Shown here in pieces: positions 1 through 13,595 of a stretch of 64,000 nucleotides of DNA (within the stretch, counting starts at the first letter, position 1; every line of letters starts with the position of its first letter). The DNA is from Vicugna vicugna (Eukaryota). The position numbers and the translations under genes were made by a program. The notes beneath the pieces were generated by a model. It saw nothing but the letters and a program-made list of their open reading frames with translations. It had not been told where the DNA came from and ran no database searches. The stretch lies in assembly GCA_013265495.1 (NCBI GenBank), contig MU057560.1, positions 2,170,909 through 2,234,908 on the forward strand. The letters run 5' to 3'.

Positions 1-2379
1 TTTATCATTATCAGCATGTGGCAGAAAATTCACACTTTCAAAATCTGAAGTGACCTGCTAGGGTCTTAAAGCTTCACGGTCAGAAGGGTGTCTCCCAGGC
101 CTCAGTGTGAGGTTGAGTTGGCCTGTTTTCCTAGCACACTAATAATACTTCAGAAAAAAGGTCACTGTTTTTATTAAGATGCTACAAAGTAGGACGCAGC
201 TCTGTATCCTGGAGGAGATGCGAATTTCACCTGAACTTTCAGGCGGAAGCAGGAAACTGGAAGGAAGCGGAGTGCCTCGGATTGTCCCTGCAGCCCCTGC
301 AGGTCTGGGCTGGACGCTTGTACAGCACCCCCTCCCAGGGGACCTGTTGGGGCATCTGGCCGGAGTCCAGGGGGCCCTCTCCTGCCCCCTCCCTCAGGAG
401 GTGTTCCTGAAAACTGCGCGCTGAAGACAGGGAACAGCGCTTTCCTGTCACAGTGCCAGGCCTCGTGGCAGGCGTGGGGCGGGCGGCTCGGCCCTGGTCC
501 AGAGGGTGCTTGGAGCCTCTGAGCACCTGCTGCCCCGCCTGGCAGGCGACCCCGGGAGGAAACGGCGGCTCCGACTGCATTAGGATTCAGTGGGCGCTCG
601 GTGCCCGACTCCGCCGTCCCGTCCTGTAATCAGACTGTGAGCGCGTCTTCAGACCCTCAGTCATCTCAAAATGATTTTACGGTAGGGTGATTAATCTGTA
701 ACTTATTTTCTGCAGAGACCAATTTGGTTTTCTCTCCCCCTTTTTATCTGCTGTCAGCAGTTCTGTCGATACCTCTCTGTGGTTCTGGCCGCCGTGTCTC
801 ACACCCTCCCTTCCTATCGATTTCGACCGTCTTCACGCCCGGCTCCACGATTTTTTTTTTTTTTATTGTTTGAGGATATTGCCTTCCTTGGTGAATCTAA
901 TCTTATGCTCACTGCATCATTACCTTTTGCAATTAAATTGGAGGCTCTTTGCCATTTATAATCATTAGCAGAGCCCAGGGGAGGCCTGTTGGGGGAGCTC
1001 CATGGGGTCCCAGACACCAGTGAAGGCAGAGCAGGGCCTCCCCGTTTGGGTGTGCACTCGCGCATCTCTGGGTCCTGGCAGCTTTCGCTGGCTGCAGAAA
1101 TAAGCAGCTTCTCTCAAGGTGTGGGGGCGGCAGAGCCAACGGAAGAGGGGAGAGGTGGCCGTGGGAACTGACTGCCCCCGCCGCTGCCTGTCCGTGCAGG
1201 AGCCCCTGGAAGAGGAAACTGGTGTCACCTGCTTGGGCGCAGGGCCTGAGGGTGTTTACCCAGGGAGCATTTGTTTGGAGGAAGCCAGGGGTGTTGGTCA
1301 GGGTTTCTGATCCCAGCTTTAGAAGGAACCACGGAGGAGCAGGGACACATTGGCGGAAGGAACTGGCAGTGACTGGAGAGCGTTAAATGCTGCATGTTGC
1401 CCACTGTGCCTGGGAGCGCAGGGCCTGTCTGCTGTGTGAGGACACAGCCAGGCAGGGGTGATCCTGGGGACCAGCAGCCCGGCTCCCCACTTCCCTGCGC
1501 TGGGATTCCTCTTTCCCTTGACCTCCCCATCTCCAGGGAGATTTTGTCCTGTGAGGGTGGATTTGATTTTAGGAAACAGTCCAAAGTTCTTTGGAGCAAA
1601 ATCTAGTAAATTAGATAGTTAACCAAGCTTTATAAAGTAAAGCTGGTTAGTGGAAAACATGTTAAAACTCTGAAAACTGGTTTTCTTGGGAGACTCCTAA
1701 AGAGGCATTCTGGAATGTTTCGAGCAGAGTCTGCGTTGTTACCACAATAATGCCCCTAGACCCACGGCGCGGAGACAGCGGGCATCTGAGTTCTCGTTTC
1801 AGGGTATTTGTTTTTGAGAAAGAAGCCATGATCTCTAAGAAAACGTGGAGTATAGTAACTTACTTACTAGGTTCCATAGCTTGATATCATAGCACAATAA
1901 CTGCTCATGCCTTTTGGTTTTCTAAATATTGGGGACAACTAGTACTTTTAAATTTTCCAGGTGGATCTTGGAAAAAACCTATTAGATGCAAAGTGGACTG
2001 AGGGGAGGTGTTTAGCAAGCGAGTGTTTCCTGAGCTCTCAAAAGGCTTCTTTCTACGAGAAAGAGGAAGCGCGCATTTAAAAGCTGTGTGTGTGAGAGAG
2101 AAAGCAGGTGCTGACCCGGGAGGGCTCGTGCTTGCCATCAGCGTCGGGTCTGGCTGCCTGCAGGGCCCCGGGCCGTCCAGCCTGTGACAGCAGAGACGCA
2201 GCCTCTGCTCTTTGGTAGTTTCCATCAGTTACAGTGTATGGATGGCGCCTCTAGTTTACACTTTTAGGTTTCCCTGGAATCGGCTGGGGCAGGCATGGGC
2301 CAGAGGCTAAGGGGCCGTGGGGGGTCAGGGTCATGGGCACACGGAGGAGACGCTGAAGGCTGTGAGTCCGGTCCCACCC

Positions 2380-2470
2380 GCAGTGTGACCTTGGGCAAGG
2401 TGCTTGGCCCGTCCACGCCTCAGTGCCCACATCTGTAAAGGAGGACACTCTAACAGTGACATTACATGAA
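2380..2470 (+). mobile_element. MIR SINE fragment
   Basis: tgtgaccttgggcaagg...gcctcagtgcccacatctgtaaag resembles the MIR core. Confidence 0.7.
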
Positions 2471-2479
2471 GACAGCTTC

Positions 2480-2630
2480 CCCCGTGGTGCCTGGTGCGTG
2501 GCAGGTGGTCGGCACGTGCCTGGTGGATGGTGATGGATGGATAGACGGGTGAAGGGATGGATGATGGATGGATGGATACTTAGAAAGATGCATAGAAGGA
2601 TGGACGTGTGGACAGATGGAGCGGCTGGAA
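2480..2630 (+). repeat. L2 3'-end-like remnant followed by degenerate (GGAT)n
   Basis: gtgcctggtgcgtggcaggtggtc... followed by gatggatggatagacgg...gatggatggatggata. Confidence 0.55.
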
Positions 2631-3834
2631 TACATGATCTCTAAAAGCGGATTATGAACGAGGGTCGGATCCTAGTGCAAAGGCAGGAGGTACAAAGGGG
2701 AGAAACCGAGGTACTGAAGAGCGATCTGTGTTTACTTGATAATTAGGTTACTCTCCCTGCAGTCGGCAAGTGATGATCACGGCTCACACAGGAAGGGCGC
2801 AGTGAGCTGATTGCTGCAGGGCTTCCGGTGCTCCAAGCCTTCATTATTCTTCATAAAAGATTTCCTCCCTCTCCAAAGAAGCAGCTGTAATGAGATCTCT
2901 CCCCCGTGCATTACTGGTGTCTCATTGCTGTGACGGAAATACTGCTGCATTCTCATCCATCTTGGTCAGAAGCCTTGCGTCTGCCCTCACAGCCTTTCCT
3001 GTTCCAGTCTGGAGCGAAGGTCAAGCCCGCAGCTGCGGAGGTCGGACACATTTTTCTCCACAGGGAGAGGCTGGGCTTCGGTGCAGCAAAGGGGAGAAAC
3101 CCTTTTAATTCTGCTCTTCCTACAAATAGAGTCCTGTTTGAAATAAACTAAAAATAAATTGCAAATGACCTCAAGGTCCTCACCAATGCTGGCACCTAAT
3201 GCCTCGTGGCATTTTCTAAACACAGGAGGACTCAGGTTTCTAGGAGACAGCTCTCAGAACCACCCTGCGTCAGCTCTGTGAATCCTGGAACACTTCTCGG
3301 GGGCAGAGTTCTTGACGGGGTGTGGGAGCCCGCCAGCCCTGCTGGGTCTGTGGGTCGGTGTGGGTCGTTGTGGGCCGCCTGCCGCCATGACCCTGACTTC
3401 ATGGGGCAGGGGTGACCGGACCCTTCCTTCCACATCCTGAAGGCAGCGATGGGCCTTGAGGGGGCCTGCTGAGTCCCACCACCACTGTGTCAGTTCTGAC
3501 TGACCCACCTGTGCCCCAGAAGACAGCACACCCTGTCCCTTCCGCCCTTGTCCCTGAAGGCAGAGCAGAGCGCCAGGCATCTTCTTGGGTTTTTAGGAGT
3601 GTTTAATCCTCATAGCCTTGGGGGGCAGATCTTCTTTATCTTACCAGTGAGACACAGGAGAGAAAGCCAGACTGCAAAGAGGCGAAGGGGCTGGTCAGGT
3701 CGCTCATGGGAAAGCAGGGCAGGGCCCCAGCTCCTGTTCAAAGGTGGGGCTGGGATTCGGCTTGGGAGAGGCCAGGGACATTCCCCCACCTGTAGGAAGC
3801 CCCCCGACACTGTTGCCTCAGAGGGACATCATGG

Positions 3835-4210
3835 GTGTGTCAGTTTGGCTGCAGGACACAGGAAGGGACTTAAAGAGCGAGGAGGTTTCATTATCTGAGG
3901 TAATGAGAAATGTGGAAAGAGAGCCATTCCGGGGTTGGTTAACTCGGTGACTCTGCAGCATGGAGGACCCAGCTACTCTACATGCTCCACTCTGCCATGT
4001 CCACGTGTCATTGCTATCTCCCTTCATGACTGCAAGGCGACTGCAGTGGTTCTAGCCGTCACATCCAGGTTCCCACATCAGCACAGAGAAAGCAGATTTC
4101 TCCCCTGTGTCTCCCTTGCTTTGTAAGGAAAGCCTTTCCTAGAAGTCCTTCTGTCCCCTTTCCAGGCACGACCACATGTCCAGGCCTAAACCAGTCACTG
4201 GCAAGGGGAC
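3835..4210 (-). mobile_element. Ancient MaLR/ERVL-type solo LTR (MLT1K/L or LTR33-like)
   Basis: ttccggggttggttaactcgg...ggacccag...cacatgtccaggcctaaaccagtcactggcaagggg resembles remembered consensus; subfamily uncertain. Confidence 0.6.
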
Positions 4211-6783
4211 CACGTCTGTCAGGCTTCGCTCTGGGCGGCCTCTCAGTCCCTGGGGCGGGAAGGGCTTCCGGTGCAGACCATGAGGCTATGCAGGGTCCGA
4301 GGGGGACCTGGGGCTCAGGCAGTGGTCGCGGCTGCTGTGCAGGCAGGCCTCTGTGTCCCGGCAGCTCAGGCCCGGGGACGCAGGAGGACTCGCCTGTGTG
4401 GATGCTTCACATCCCTTACGCTTGTCCCTCTCGGGGGTGAGTCTGAGGGTCAGCCCGGTCTTCGGTGGGGTGCCTAGCTCACGTTCTGTGAGTGGCCGTG
4501 AGGGTGCTGGTCCGGAGTGGGGAGAGGTGGGGACAGAGTGAGGCGGGGGTAGGTGTGTGGGTCCCCAGGGTCACCCTCTCTGCTGAGCTGGTTCAGGCCC
4601 AGTTCTACCCAGGGGTCCGAGTGTCCTCCAGTCCTGGCAGGAGTGCCCAGGCCCGGCCGCCAGGAAGCCCACTTTCTGTCCCGCGGCCACTCTGCCCTTC
4701 CTGACATTTCTTCTGGCCTCTGCCTCTTCTGCCACCGTGGCTCTGGCCTCACTCGGGTTCCAGGCTGCACATGTCCCCTCCCAGCGTCCTCCACGTAGGG
4801 CACTGCTGGCCGCCTGCCCCGTGGGCTCTCCATGGCCACCGGGAGCTCCCAGCGGACGTGTCTGCCTGGTGCAGGCCCTGCCCCCCGTGGCTGTGCTCGG
4901 TTCCCAGGGGGGGCTCCTTCTCCAGATGTTCTCCCCGTGTTCCAGTTCCACCTCTGCCCTCGCCCCTCACCCCCAGCCCCCTAACCCAGGCACGCCCGGG
5001 GCCCTTGCCTTTCTTCCCACTTTGTGTGCGTGTGGTCACCTGTCTCCCTCTGTCACCGCCGTGCCTGGCAGTGTCCCCTACAGCTAGGAACATAACATGT
5101 ACTTCTCACCGGGGACAGAAATAACCCTTTGACTTTGTGTGGTCAGAGGCTAGTCAGTGGCACTTGGTCTGTGTAATGGCGGGGCAGGCCCGCTAACTGG
5201 GGTCTTACAAAGCAGGGGCCCCGCTCTCCCAGGGAGACGTGCTCTGTCTTCCTGCCGCCTGGTGGGGTGGGGTGGAGAGGGTGGAGTGGGCGGCGTGGGC
5301 AGGGGCTAGCCCACTGGAGCTGGGCGGGGGCACCCAGAGGGCTCCGCATCGCCCAAGCAGGCGCATGGTACCAGCCTTGGCATCCCGCCGGGGCGCCTGG
5401 TCCGCACGTCTCCTCAGAGATGGCGACGTTCTCCTGACTCTGGGACGCGGGGGCGCTGCTGTCCTCTGCGCAGCGCTCACCTGCACAGACACCCCGCCGT
5501 CCTCCCTCTCACTGGCTCCAGGCCTTTGGTCCCCTGGGAGAGACATGTGCAGTCAGCCAGGAGCTCGGCCGGGCCGTGAGGTGCTGACATGAGGCCTGGC
5601 ACCTACGAGATGTGCAGAGTCAGGTGGGAACATGGATTTTTTTGAGAGAAAAATTTTCTGGGCCAAGTGGAGACACTAAACTGTCCAGAGAAGAGGTGAA
5701 ATGCTTCAGCGGGGCTGGTCAGTGTTTTCCTGGCTGGGTGGCCTCTGCTGCAGTGGCCACTAGAATAAATGGGGCTCATGCTCGGAAGTCGTGTCTAAAA
5801 ATGTCCCCGCCATCATCCTTCTTAACTGGGCCAGCCTCCCTGGAGAGGGAGCCTGTGTTTTCCCCACGCTTCCAGTCAAAGCCCTGTGCACTGACCACCG
5901 GTTCCCTGGGCCACCTGGCCCAGCAGTCTGGAGTCCGGGCACCCGCCCTGCCCTCGCGCTGCGGGGCCCCAAGGAAGCACTGCAGCGGGGCCTCTAGACG
6001 CTCCCGCCCTGGTGACTCCCTCGGGCCTCTGTCTAGAGCTGGGGGACCGGCCCCCAGACCCCTCTCGGAGGGTCTGCAGAGCGAGGCTGGGGTTCAGGGT
6101 GACGTGGAGTGAGTGATGGTGGCCTGTGTGACCTGGGGCCACAGACGCAGCCCGGAGCTCTCCGACCTTCAGAAGTCACCGTGTGGATAGATATCCAGCC
6201 TCCAAATGGAAGCAGTGACGTAGCCAGTGTGATTTTGTGCAGACCCCAGGTGGCAGGTGGGAGGGCGGTGGGGAGACGAGGCCGGGGCCCTGTGCCAGGG
6301 GCCCAAGGTCTCCATCACTACCTGCTGAGGTCTGGTCAACCCTGAGTTCAGGGCTCAGGGTGCTTGGGCACGGGGGAGGGCATGCCCGAGCGGCTGTCTG
6401 GCTGGGCCACGGCTGTGTACCCTCCTCCAGCTGGAGTGACCGTGTGGCCCCGCCCGCCCCGCCTGTGTCTTTGGGGGAAGCCAGGGTTCGAGGTTTTCCA
6501 CATGTGAGCAGATTATCGCTAATCACAGACTTGCAAGTCTCGTTTGATAGAGGGAATATTAATATGCTTTCTATTTTTTGCTGCGTTCAATTTTATAGGT
6601 TTTTCCAAATAAGTTTCAAACATTCTTGCCTTTTAAGGGAAGGAAACAGTCAGAGCTTCCTAATTATTTTCAATAATTATTTCAATGACACCCTGTGCTG
6701 GAGGACATCCTCTGAAATTTCCTGAATAGAATTCAAATTACTTTTCTTTTCTTCTTCCTTTGAAACCATTGCCAAATTCGCAG

Positions 6784-6920
6784 CTGGCCAGTTCAGCATC
6801 CCTGGAAGGGAAGGGACAGCTGAAGTTCACGACGGGACGGTGGAGCCCGCATCACAACTGCACGCAGGTGGCCACGGCGAATGACACAGCCGTCCGAGGG
6901 TGGGACACGCGGACCATGAG
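6784..6920 (+). CDS. EIPR1: EIPR1/TSSC1 internal coding exon ([46 protein letters not shown])
   Basis: Pyrimidine tract and CAG acceptor at 6781-6783; donor AG|GTCAGT at 6921. The peptide matches my recollection of mammalian EIPR1. 137 nt, ends in phase 2 (AG + C = Ser). Confidence 0.95.
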
Positions 6921-8843
6921 GTCAGTGCCAGGCCCGACCAGGACATGCCCGGCGCCTCCCACCTTGGTCTACAAGGGCGCGGTTCTGCGTCTGACGTATT
7001 TGGGGCCACGTGGCCCGTCTGTGCAGGTCTTATCTCTGGCAAGTCATGCACTTTGTCTTCTTTCTCCTCCCCAACTGGACCCAGCTATGGGTCCGTCCCC
7101 CCTCCCTGGGGTCTCATTCCTCTGGGAGCACTGCCCCCCCAACCCCGGCAGCCGTCTGCGGTGGGAGTTAAGGTCAGGCCAGCCTGGCAGCTCAGGACTG
7201 AGATGTGACCTTGGTCTCTCGCGCCCTGTGGCTAGTGACTGCCAGATGAGGGCTGCCGTCCCTGTTAAGCATGTGGCACTGTCTTTGGCCACCTCTCTGC
7301 CTTCCAGACACACGCCGTGGGATAATCATAGTCTGTCACTTAAGCCATTATACACAACAGCCGGCACCCCTAATGGGACACGTAAGAGCAGGTTTTCTCT
7401 GCCAGGTGTGGCGTTGACAAGCAACGGGGTGACGGTGTGCACACTGTTGTCATGGCAACAGGGGCCGGCAATCTTTTTTAAGATACAGCTTATCCCCTCA
7501 GCACACCATAATTTATCACTAAGCTGCAAAGAGGGATGTCGTGAAATAACTCGTGTTACCTTCCAGGGCGGGGATGGCGCTAAATCTCGGCCTGCAGCCC
7601 TCTGAGAACGCGGGGGTGATCGGTAGCCGGCACGTGTGCGGGTTTGTTCAGTGTCGTATTGGAAGCTGAAAGCCCCGGGCTTAGACCCCGAGGAGCGTCT
7701 GGGCTGCGTCCATTCCTCCAGGGCTGCGGCCACCTTGTCCTGTTTTCATCGTCCTTTGAAGAATGTGAAGATTTCAGTGTCTGAACAAGGACCTTGAAGA
7801 CTGATGGCACAGACCCCAAAACCCAGGGGCCCGACGGGGCTCTTGCCCACCTCCCCGGGGTGATGGGCGCAGCCTGGCTCTTCTCAGCGCGCTCCCTTCA
7901 GCGCGCAGTGGGTCTCCACGTGGCGGGATGCTGTCCGGGCCGCTTCTGAGCTGCGTGCTCGTGTGTTCAGACTGCTGCCCCAGAGCCCGCAGCCAACCCG
8001 CGTTGTGCTCCCTGCACGTGCGACTGGCCCCCAGCCCCCAGGACCTCGCCAGGCTTGATTTTATTCATTTCTCTGTTTCACTTGGAAGAGCTCTAGTTTC
8101 GGGTATCGTATTTTAGGAAAAAATATTAGGATATTGGAAAAGTGCAGGGTATAAAAAGCGGTTCAAGATTTCAAAGTGGTTTTGGGTCAGAAAAGGCAGC
8201 GTGGGAGGAAAGATGAAAAGGACTGAGGGCATCTGCTGAGAGAGTGGGGAGTGGGGACTCGGGGTGGGAGGTGAGCTGTTGCCTTCCTCCACCGTCCCCT
8301 CGGGGCCACACGGAGCGGAGCTGCAGTGACGGCGGGAGAGGTGAAGTCACATGCGAGGGGGTACATGGAGGGCCCGGGCAGACGGGGCGTCACGCGGGGC
8401 CGGACCATGGCCCTGCCCAGTGGGGGCCCTCATCGCATGCTGCCTGGGATGCAGGCCTTTTGTCCCAAGCCCCTGTCCCACCTCAGGATGCCCTGCTCCT
8501 CTGGTTTGGGTTGGTGACGTCAGAAGGGGCCGTCGTACCAGGCGGAATGTTCTGACTTCACGTCCTGTGAGGAGCAGCCTGGAGGGGTGGGTGTGGGGCT
8601 TCAGCTAGGTCTGTGCGTGCATGTGTGCCCGTGTGCCTTTGTGCTTGTGTGAGTGCGCCCCAGTGCACACCTGTGTGGGTGTGTACATGTGCATGCACGC
8701 ACGCACGCAGATGGGTGTGCACAGTGCACCCTGAACAGCCGTGTGGCCCCTGCCCCTCCCGTGTTGCCCTGGACTGCGGAGCAGGTGCCTCCAGGCTTGG
8801 CGCCCGGGGTGATGTGAGTGTTGAGGGCCCGGCCTCGCTGTAG

Positions 8844-9605
<762 letters not shown>

Positions 9606-10019
9606 TAATTCCAAACTGGAATGTTTGTGATTTGGAAATGTAGGAAAAGAAGAAAAACATTAGATTTTGTTTCCTCTGAAAATGGTGCTGGTTCAAATAT
9701 GCAAAAATCACCATGCCCAGATGTTCACGTGGTATTGTCTGCCGCGCAGGGAGGCTGGAAACCGCCAGGTGCCCGTCAGTAGGGACTGGCTGTCAGTGCG
9801 GCGACGTCCACGCACGGGGGTGCAGTGGGGGGACGGTGCCACTGGCAGAGTGACGACGGCTGTGTGCACGGACACGGAGAGTGTCCAGGAGCCGTCCTTC
9901 CCTGCAGAACGTTCTTCTCCTGTTTATACCATCAGCTGGGTCCTCTCTGCTACGTAGGTGACAGAGACCCAGTAGAAGAGTGCGCAGCGGGGGCTGGTTT
10001 CATTTAGATGAAGCATGAG

Positions 10020-10327
10020 CGCGTGCACACTTGTGTGTGTGTGTGTGTGTGTGTGTGTGCTTGTAGATGTGTGTTTGTGTGTATACATCTGTGTGCTTGT
10101 TTGTGCTTGCTTGTGTGTGTTCACTTGTCTGTGTGCTTCTCTGTGTGTGTATGTGTTGCATGTGTATTCTTGTGTGTGTGTGCTTGTGTCCATGCTGGTG
10201 TACGTGTGTGCACTTGTGTGTGCTTGTATGTGTGCATTTGTGTGTGTGTGTACTTTTGTGTGTGCTTGTGTGGGCGTGTGCATGTATGTGTGTGCATGCT
10301 TGTGCGTGTGCGTGCGTGCACGTGTGT
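10020..10327. repeat. (TG)n microsatellite with long degenerate TG-rich extension (EIPR1 intron)
   Basis: Pure TG run at ~10032-10058, then ~270 bp of interrupted TG. Confidence 0.95.
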
Positions 10328-10831
10328 TTAAAAACCAGAATGTTCGCGGACAGCTGGGACTAATCCCGTAGCGGCTGCCCTCCAAGGAGAAGCTCCTGCC
10401 CCCGGACCCGGGCCGGCAGCATGTGGCCCGGCAGGCAGCGCAGCTCCCCGAGCCCGGGCCTGCGGGTCAGAAGGACGCCAGGCCTAGTGGCCCGACCCAG
10501 AGAACAGCCCTGTGCCTGAGGCGGCTGCTGTGGGAAGCTGCCCTGGGCTTGGCTTAGTGTCACAGGTTCTCCCTGACCTGCATTTGCTTCGTGGGCAGTT
10601 TCCACATACAGAAGTGTGGGGCGCCTGTGTGCAATACTGAGCAGTAAGCCTCTCTCCCCCGGGGCTCCTGCTGCCGTTTGGGCTCATCTCTGTTAGCTGA
10701 GACTTAAAACGTTTCAGGGACATGCACGAGCCTGTCCCCGCTGGACAAGGGCCGGCGTCGGACCGCGCGGTCGGGACCCCGGCCTCGCCGTCCAGCAGGG
10801 CTGCTGGCGCTAGTCCCCTCTCCCGCCCCAG

Positions 10832-10999
10832 GGTGTGGAGCGTCCGCTACAACCACTCGCATGACCAGCTGGTGCTCACGGGCAGCAGTGACAGCAGGGT
10901 CGTCCTCTCCAACATGGTGTCCATCTCCTCCGAGCCCTTCGGCCACCTGGCGGATGACGACGACCTGAGTGACCAGGAGGAGCGCCGGCCAGAGGAGAA
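10832..10999 (+). CDS. EIPR1: EIPR1 coding exon ([56 protein letters not shown])
   Basis: Acceptor ccccag ending at 10831; donor AA|GTAAGA at 11000. 168 nt, phase 2/2. Frame joins the previous exon (TG+G = Trp). Confidence 0.97.
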
Positions 11000-13094
11000 G
11001 TAAGAGCTCCCGGGCAGGGGCGGGGCGGCGCCGCCTCATCTTCTCCAGGGCCACCCGCGTCCGCGCGGCAGGAGGGGCATGGGTCAGTGGGCTCGCACCC
11101 GAGACGCAGGGCCGGAGCGGGGCTGGGCCAGCAGCGTTGGCTGGCATGGTCTCTGAAGTGCGTGTCTGTGCAACATCTGTCCAGCTTCTAAAACGGCACC
11201 CAGAGGCTGTGAAGACCTGCCTGGTCTCTGACCCTCAGTGTGACAGGCGCCACCCCGTGACCCCCACGCCCCGCGGCAGCAGCTGCCGAGGGCGCCCTCC
11301 TCGCGTCCACACCCCGGTCTGGGTGTGGACTGTCTGCCCCGCAGGCCGGACCCGCTCCATGCCCCTCCTGTCCTCCTCTCGTCCCCCAGTCACCTGACAG
11401 CGCAGGGAACCAAAAGTGCCTGTTCTCACGGCCGCACCCTCTTGCTGTATTTTCTGAAAACTTTCCTACACGCTGTTTTCCAGTGCTAATTGCACCTGCT
11501 CAGGGGCTCTCAGTTCAAATTTGGGCTCGTGCCCCCGAGACACGGGGGTCCCGGGCTTCGGGGCTTATGAGGTGCACTCCTGGCCAGTGCAGAGCAGGCT
11601 GCCCTGGCCCCGGGGCTCTGGCTGGGCTCCCGGCTGGGGCCAAGCAGGGCAGCGCAGGGGCCCATGTCCCTGTCGGCTGCACGGGGGTGACAGGGCACCT
11701 CTTGTTTCCCGGGTTGACACACGTTCGTGGCTGGGCTGCGTCCTCCGTGGTGAGTGAGCGGGACTCAGACGCTGTGTCTGGGGAGGAGGTTGTGGAGTAA
11801 GACCCCGCTGAGCTGAGCAGTGTGAGCCCGGAGGAGGTACAGGAGGGGCTTGTCGTCTGTTTTGAGACTCTTCACGCGGTCCCGTTGTCTGATTCCTCCT
11901 CTGCCTCCCCGAGCTTAGCCTGAAATTCCTGTGTGAGAACCCAGTTTGGGGCCTTCCGCACGGTGACAGTGTACCCCCCTCTCGACACAGTTCTTTTTCT
12001 GCTCAGACACTTGGAAACGAGCTATTGAGACACCGTGGCAATGATTTCAGTCCAGCGACCTGTCGCGTGTGGCAGCTGCATTGTGCTCGTGGCCAAGCGG
12101 GCTGCATCCCGGCTGTACCGGGGACGGAGCTGGTGGCCCCTTCGTCAGCCCCGTGTGACTCAGGCATCCTGCCTCCACTCAGGGCTTCAGAGAAGCTCGT
12201 TAGGGAGGAAGGAGCGGGTGGCTGGCGGCGTGCCGGGCGGTGGCACCGGCACATGGTGCCCACACAGCTTCCTGCTGCTCCAGGGGTTTGTTCATAAATT
12301 CAGGAGACTGGGCCTCCGCAAGAGGACTCGCTTGAGGTGTTGGCACCAGAGCCCCACTGGCCGTTGGCAGGTCGTCTTCCCGGGAGGGCCGGGCCATGGG
12401 CTGCATGCGGGTGGGCGCTCAGAGCTGAAGGCCGGCCAGGCCCGTGGGTGGCACGTCTCAGGGAGAAGATCACCTTCCTGGAAGAGCCCAGGTGTGCCGA
12501 GAGCACCCTGAGCAGAGCTGTCTGTGAAATGGGAAGGAACGTGCCTAGGAGGCCCCCTCCGGGCTGAGCAGTGGCCCTGCTCACAGAAGGCCTGTGGTCT
12601 CTGGGCAGCCCAGGCAGGTGAGGCCAGGTGTCTAGGGAGGGGCCCCGAGACTCCTGTTTGAAGGGGGTGATGGGGAAAGTCACAGCCCAGGCTGGGACCT
12701 GCCGGCTCTTCCCACTGGTGCGCGGGGCATCCTTGCCCTGGCCAGCTCCACACCCGTTCCTGGGTGGGGCTTCTCGTGTCCCCTGGGGCTGCACCAGCCA
12801 GCCCCCAGGTCCACCTGTCAGACATCATGGGAGTGTCGGGCTGTTCCCCACTCAGCCCTGTGAACATTGCAGACACCGTCCTGGCCCCCAGACGGCCCGC
12901 TCCAGAGCCCAGGAGCCAGGTGTGTCAGGCAGCCCAGGTCTCTCCAGGGTCCCTGAGGGCCCTCGGCCGGGATGGCTCTAGCTCCTGCAGAGGCGGCTCC
13001 TGGGACCTGTCCCTTCTCGCAGGTGCGAAGACCAGGCCCCGGCCACCCCAGAGCAGGGTGCCCGCCTGGCTCACGTGTCTCTGGTGCCTTGCAG

Positions 13095-13269
13095 GAGCCA
13101 GGAGCCCCCGCAGGACAGCGTCATCGCCACCTACGAGGAGCACGAGGACAGCGTGTATGCCGTGGACTGGTCCTCAGCCGACCCCTGGCTGTTCGCCTCC
13201 CTGAGCTACGACGGGCGGCTGGTCATCAACAGGGTGCCCCGGGCCCTGAAATACCACATCCTGCTCTGA
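13095..13269 (+). CDS. EIPR1: EIPR1 terminal coding exon ([57 protein letters not shown])
   Basis: Acceptor ttgcag ending at 13094; AA+G = Lys junction; TGA at 13267-13269. The C-terminus KYHILL is the characteristic EIPR1 end. Confidence 0.97.
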
Positions 13270-13595
13270 CCGCATGGGCCCCCCCGCCCCCAGCGGCTGC
13301 TGGCGCCCCGCCAGGAGAGCCCGCCTCGCCTCCCTCGGACGGTGCGGACACTTGTAAACAGTGAGGGGGCTTCTGCCTGCTGCCAGCGGCACCCGGAGTC
13401 TCCCCTCACCGAGGACAGCGATCCCTCAACCCGAGAGGGGGACCCGACCCCGCACTGCGTGGCCTGGTGTCCCCCCGGCCACCGCTGGCTCGCCGCCCGC
13501 TTTCTGTTCTCTGAGGACGTTGTGAGCCTCACTTTAGTTTGTTTCTGTAACGTTGGCTGGTCTCCCGAGAATAAACATGAATGAAGCGAGCAGGC
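13270..13595 (+). other. EIPR1: EIPR1 3' UTR (end approximate)
   Basis: Runs from the stop codon to about 20 nt past the first AATAAA; the cleavage site is inferred. Confidence 0.7.
13570..13575 (+). terminator. Polyadenylation signal AATAAA of EIPR1
   Basis: Canonical hexamer ~300 nt after the stop, preceded by U-rich tttagtttgtttctgtaa. Confidence 0.8.

Noticed and set aside
2884..2932. Short hairpin (gtaatgagat...gtctcattgc) as an intronic small RNA
   Set aside because: The stem is only about 10 bp with wobble pairs, too short for a pre-miRNA, and I see no convincing snoRNA boxes.
6921..7605. In-frame read-through of the EIPR1 exon into the intron (281-aa ORF)
   Set aside because: Similarity to EIPR1 ends exactly at the GT donor, and the phase matches the next exon. 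The extension has no WD40 features.
9924..10385. Cys/Val- and His/Thr-rich ORFs (also at 39183-39605 and 8601-8939)
   Set aside because: They are translations of TG/CA microsatellites.
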